DNA of 64,000 nt from Pristiophorus japonicus (lineage: Eukaryota): contig NC_091977.1 of NCBI RefSeq assembly GCF_044704955.1, positions 12,896,001 to 12,960,000 of the forward strand, in the 5' to 3' direction. The position numbers and the translations under genes are program-made. Positions 59,280-64,000 of the stretch are shown piece by piece; position 1 is the first letter of the stretch, and each line of letters starts with the position of its first letter. The notes beneath the pieces were generated by a model. The model was not told the DNA's origin. It made no database searches and worked only from the letters and a program-made list of their open reading frames with translations.

Positions 59280-59816
59280 TGCAGAATCAAGGGACCTGTG
59301 AGCCCTGGTAAAGCAAACCCTGAGCCCAACTGAGCATGCCCGATTTCTAACTCACCTAGGACGTGCTACTCATGATGCATTGGTGGTTGCTCACCCTAAT
59401 GATGCGCTATCTTTAATGCTCTCACCACGACCCTTCAGAAGCCCATCAGTATGGAGCCGCCTTGGGTGGAAGGACCAAAACCTGACCCAAGGGGATACCA
59501 GATGGAACCGCAGTATTGCGTGCAGGGTTGGGTGGATAAACGGGGATACGGTTATATCAAACACCCAAATGGCCCGGGCCCTGCTAATTACGGACCGCCC
59601 TACTGTCCCCAGCCTGGAATGGGAAGAGGTCGGGGCTGGGAAAGACGAGATGGATGCTTTATTTGTGGGCAAGAAGGACATTGGAATAGAAATTGTCCCT
59701 CCCGTCAGCACGAAAAAGGAAGAGGAGGGGGTCAAGGGGGGAGAGGACGGGGATCTTACACTAACTTCTCCCAGAACAACCCCTTTGGCCAATCGTCCCC
59801 CGATTATTCGTATTGA
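59280..59816 (+). pseudogene. gag: ERV gag remnant (partial capsid, nucleocapsid knuckle)
   Basis: CFICGQEGHWNRNC knuckle with RGG-rich flanks; most of the capsid is absent. Confidence 0.85.
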
Positions 59817-62170
59817 CTACGTAGCTTGATTGTGCAGGGACCCTCCCCGGATGACGAACCGATGATATTGTTAAAAATTCGGAATGAGTGGCAACCCTTC
59901 TTGATAGATACGGGAGCCTTCATGTCTTCTGTACAATCAAAGCTTAAACTCCCCGCCTTCACTGAAACACAGGGGCTGTCAGGATTCCTGGGACAAGTCT
60001 CTACATTCCCGGTGTCAGAACCGGTTAAAATGGGTTACCAGGAAGAATCGGTGGAACATCGATTTGTTATCACAACCAATCTGGACTGTAACTTGATGGC
60101 TAGAGACCTCCTCTGCAAATTCCAGTTGCATTTGGAGTGTGGAGATGATGGGATTATTGTAAAACAGGGAACTCTTAAGCGGCAGTATTATACCACTAGG
60201 ACCCCTCAGTGGTGGTCTCTGAACCTGCCGCAGGCACCCTATCACGTGACCCTAGCATACGATCCCAGTGGAAAGAATCAGGACCTGCAGAACTTTTATC
60301 AGGATCACGAAGGGGAAGTGAAGGAAATTCTATTAAGGGCTAGAGTGACTGGACCGGAAGGGAAGGCAGATTTTGTGGAAATGGACAGCCCCCAACGGTG
60401 GCACCACATATTATTCGAAGTATTACCTCCCCACCACGCTAAAGATTTGGGAGTTATGGTGCGCCAGGCTATAGACGAGGCTGACCCTACCAGCCGGGAT
60501 GTGCAAATTGTAAAACATGGCCGAACAGTCCAATTCCACGGGGACCCCGAGAAGGTCTTAACGACTCTGCAGCATCATACTGGCTCTGGCATACCTATAT
60601 GGCTCCTCATGTGTGAGCAGAGGACCCCTCCCAAGTGGGTTATACTCCCATTGATCCGATTGAGAGCCCAGTGCAGGGCAATGTGGACTGGCCCTCTATC
60701 CGACAGAACCCACTGAAATCACAGGCAATCCTAAACTGACCTTTCGGCACTGTACTGCAATTAATCCGGCCTGTTTTCTTACTGAGTCACCCCAAGATGA
60801 GGAAGAACCCAGTCATGATTGTTTATCTTTAATTCAAGAGGCCACATCAGTCAGGGAAGATTTAGTTGATGTACCAATGGAAGATCCAGACTGTATTATG
60901 TATGTTGACGGAAGTTCTTCTATTAATCCAGAAGGTACACGAATCTCAGGATACGCCATAGTAAACCAGGAGAATCAGGTCTTGGAATCTTCCGCTTTTA
61001 AAACCGCCTATTCTGCCTAACAAGCTGAACTATTCGCCCTCACCCGAGCCTGTATCTTGGCCAAAGACCTCAAAGTCAATATCTATACCGACTCTAGGTA
61101 TGCCTTTGGGGTGGCCCATGATTTCGGACAATTATGGAAAAATAAGCAACTAGTATCTGATTTGTTGCAAGCCCTCATGCTCCCCAAGCACATTGCCGTT
61201 GTTAAATGTACCGCCCACACCACGGGAAAATCCCCGGTTGATATAGGGAACCACTGTGCTGACAAAGAGGATAAACAGGCCTCTCGTGACCAACAGATGG
61301 TAGTGCCCAAAATGATCAGTCAGACTAAAAATCCTGCGAAGGATAAGTTAGCCTCGGAAAAACCAATGCCAACCATCCAAGATGTTATTAAAGCACAGGA
61401 GGACGCTCCTGAAAAAAATAAACTGTTGTGGAAATATTATGGATGTACTTATGACAATGTTTCTAAACTCTGGACCACTCCCGCGGAACAGACTTGCATG
61501 TCTGACGAGTTGGCTCTATGGGTTATTGAATGTATGCATTTTGCTACTCATTGTGGAGCAAGGACCACCAGTGACACACTTTTGGCTACTTGGTGGCACC
61601 CTAGACTCCAGGCGCTCGCCCAGAACATCAGTAGTCGTTGCCTGGTTTGCCAGCAACATAATCCAGGGAAGGGAGTCCCCTGTGATTGGGGTAAAACGCC
61701 CCTACCCGAAGGTCCCTTTGAGACATTTCAGTTGGACTACATTGAGTTGCAAAAAAGTTCAGTGTTACAAATATGTGTTCGTAATAGTAGATGTGTTTAG
61801 CAGATGGATTGAAGCCTACCCTACACTGGACAATAAGGCTCAAACTGTTGTTAAGGTGTTAATGAGGGAAATTGTTCCTAGATATGGTATCTCAGCTCAA
61901 CTGATGACCACCTATGTTCTTTCTCTAACTCAGGCTCTGCGACTAGCTCACAACCAGGTTCAAGAGGCTCACCTTGACCTCCCAGTTTTACCCGAATTGT
62001 CCCTCGTGGTACCTGGGAAGTATGTCCTGATTAAGAGGTGGATTCGGAAGGGATTGGAGCCACGATGGGAGGGGCCTTTTCAGGTGTTACTCACTACCCC
62101 CACTGCAGCCAAGGTTGAGGGGAAAAGTGCCTGGGTTCACCTGCACCACTGCAAGCTCACCACCCTCTAA
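59817..62170 (+). pseudogene. pol: ERV pro-pol remnant: protease, 2H-like domain, RNase H, partial integrase; RT missing
   Basis: FLIDTGA and NLMARDLL; YHVTLAY; YVDGS, QAELFAL, IYTDSRYAF; H-H-CLVC zinc finger, FQLDYIEL, EPRWEGPFQVLLTTPTAAKV; no YVDD-type motif seen. Confidence 0.9.
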
Positions 62171-62401
62171 CGAACCTATTTTACTGGTTATTCTAACTCC
62201 TGTTTCTGTTCCAGACTTCCTCTTCTCCATAGCTGAACAAGGCCGTTGGCATCCTAATTGGAACGTGGACCAGTTTGAACTTTTACCCGTAGTGATAGAC
62301 AGCCAGCTACACCGACGGTGACCTGAGAAGAGAGACGGGAAAACTGAACTCTTTTCATCAGCAAAATAATTGGACTATTTATCTGAATCCTGAGCCATAA
62401 G

Positions 62402-63785
62402 ATGAAACTGTGTCTGTATGCCACAGTCTGTATAATAGTGTTGATATATGACAGTTGGGGAGACAGAGACGAGAGCTCCATGTAAACACCTTTTTGTACA
62501 TGTCTTATGTTTATGCGCAAAATGGGAACTTTTCTAGATGTTGGGTGTGTTCACATTCCCTATACATTCCCTATACATTCCAAAGGGGTAATTCCTTTGC
62601 GCCCCGTTCCACTAACCCTAACTGAGACTGTCAGATGGATTCAGAGCCAAACTATCAAGAGAGGAGGGGGGTCAATACAAATACGAGAGAGGAAAGGCGG
62701 GTCAAAAGGGGGATCACGGAGATCAGGAGGAGTATCATACCGTTACCACATGAATGACCACGGGGAGGTCACCAAGTGGGAGAGTGCTGGAGACCCCATT
62801 AGTCAGACATTCCAGGGATGGTAACAACCAACCTACGACCGTGGAATGGAACCCCCATTCTTAGCCCTGACCAATACCTCGGGGATTGGGAGGCCAACCG
62901 GGGACATATGTCGAACCCGAAATGACACCAGTCATAGGGTACAGCAAATGCCCAAACAGTCTCAACATCACCACAGGTGCACGAGTCACCATCCTCTCTC
63001 ACCTTCCGAATAAAACAGGTGGAGGTTTGTGGGCCCAGTCCTGGGACCCGGAAGCAATATATCAGAAAGCAGCTTTTAACGGCACGTATTTCGTGTGCGG
63101 TCATAAGGCATATCCTTGGTTGCCTAGGCGATGGACAGGGTCCTGTTATCTGGGATATATGGTGCCATTTGTGCGGCAAGTACGTACCCTAGCGGAAGCA
63201 CATGCCTCCAGCCGATACAAGCGAGCCATCACCCCCACCGACAAGTTCTTTGGGGTCATGATGTTCCCAATCAGGATAGGACATCTCATGGATGAAGTAC
63301 AGAACCTAGAGACGATATTGGAACAGATAGCTAACAATACTGCTGAAACTCTGGAAGGCATCACAGCTGAAATGGTAGCAATAAGGACCGTAGCATTACA
63401 AAACCGAATGGCCCTCGATTACCTGTTAGCTGAGAAAGGGGGAACGTGTGCCCTGATAGGGTCTGAATGTTGCACTTACATTCCTGATAGTTCAGAAAAC
63501 ATAACCAATCTCGCTGATAACATAAGAAGGGAGGTGAAGAAGTTATCCACACCAGCAGAAGGATCTAGCTGGTTTGATTGGCTATCAGATGGATCTTGGA
63601 GATCCTATCTAATTGTTGGTTGCCTTAACCTTTGTTGTAAAGTAATGATGGCAAGGTTAGCAAACCCTCTTGTGGTCAAGGGCTCCCGAGTTATGATCCA
63701 ACGAACTAAAGAACTACTCGACACTAACAACAATATGATTCATGAAATAGAGTGTGAACGGATGAATGCGATACTCCTAGAATGA
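62402..63785 (+). pseudogene. env: ERV gamma-type env (SU disrupted, TM frame open)
   Basis: Splice acceptor ctaac...tgttccag ending 62214; leader MKLCLYATVCIIVLIY; CWVC (62539-50); furin site RYKR; ISD LQNRMALDYLLAEKGG; CX6CC CALIGSECC. Confidence 0.92.
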
Positions 63786-64000
63786 TCCTAAGTGGTATCA
63801 TGGAATGATAAAAGGGGGGAATGTGAATGTTTAAAAATGTATAGAGACATTGAAGTTGAGAATGTGGGAATTGTATAGGGACAGTATAAGCTAACAAAGA
63901 ATTCATGGAGGAATAGCCATGACATCTCAGACTCGAGACTGCAAAATGTTACAACACTAACACATATTGAAACAAAACCCACAGCTTGCAGAGAAACCTC

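Larger units (their letters stand above)
57074..64000 (+). mobile_element. Class I (gamma/epsilon-like) endogenous retrovirus, internally deleted; 3' LTR runs off the window
   Basis: 5' LTR 57074-57629 (TG...CA; TATAA ~57425; AATAAA 57539-44); PBS; gag-pro-RNase H-IN-env remnants; PPT 63810-63821; 3' LTR from 63822. Confidence 0.95.

Overview
This is eukaryotic genomic DNA, most likely from a shark or other cartilaginous fish; that is inferred from the Deu-domain tRNA SINEs and the very dense CR1/L2/RTE content. Most of the window is transposable-element derived. Two host genes can be read directly. (1) The last two coding exons of slc5a6 lie on + (9022-9143, 11075-11254, ending LQETSL). (2) An apparently complete 5-exon Siglec-15-like activating immune receptor lies on - (44930 to 22010). 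It has a leader, two V-type Ig domains, a transmembrane helix with a lysine and a short tyrosine-free tail. Both V domains lack the sialic-acid-binding arginine, and the upstream region carries myeloid-type promoter motifs. Its first intron holds a nest of Harbinger transposon > long solo LTR > full-length CR1. Upstream is a non-autonomous Mag/Gypsy LTR element (45409-51637). It carries a U2-snRNA-derived polyA retroposon in its 5' LTR, an intact CR1 ORF2 and a 54-bp VNTR where pol should be. The window ends in a young but internally deleted class I (epsilon-like) ERV (57074-64000) with a tRNA-Leu PBS, a UGA-CUA gag-pro junction, a 2H phosphoesterase-like domain, no RT, and an env with a shortened anchor. 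A decayed frame at 19098-19983 (-) resembles a spuma/loki-type envelope fusion protein. All family calls come from motif recognition by eye; no searches were run.
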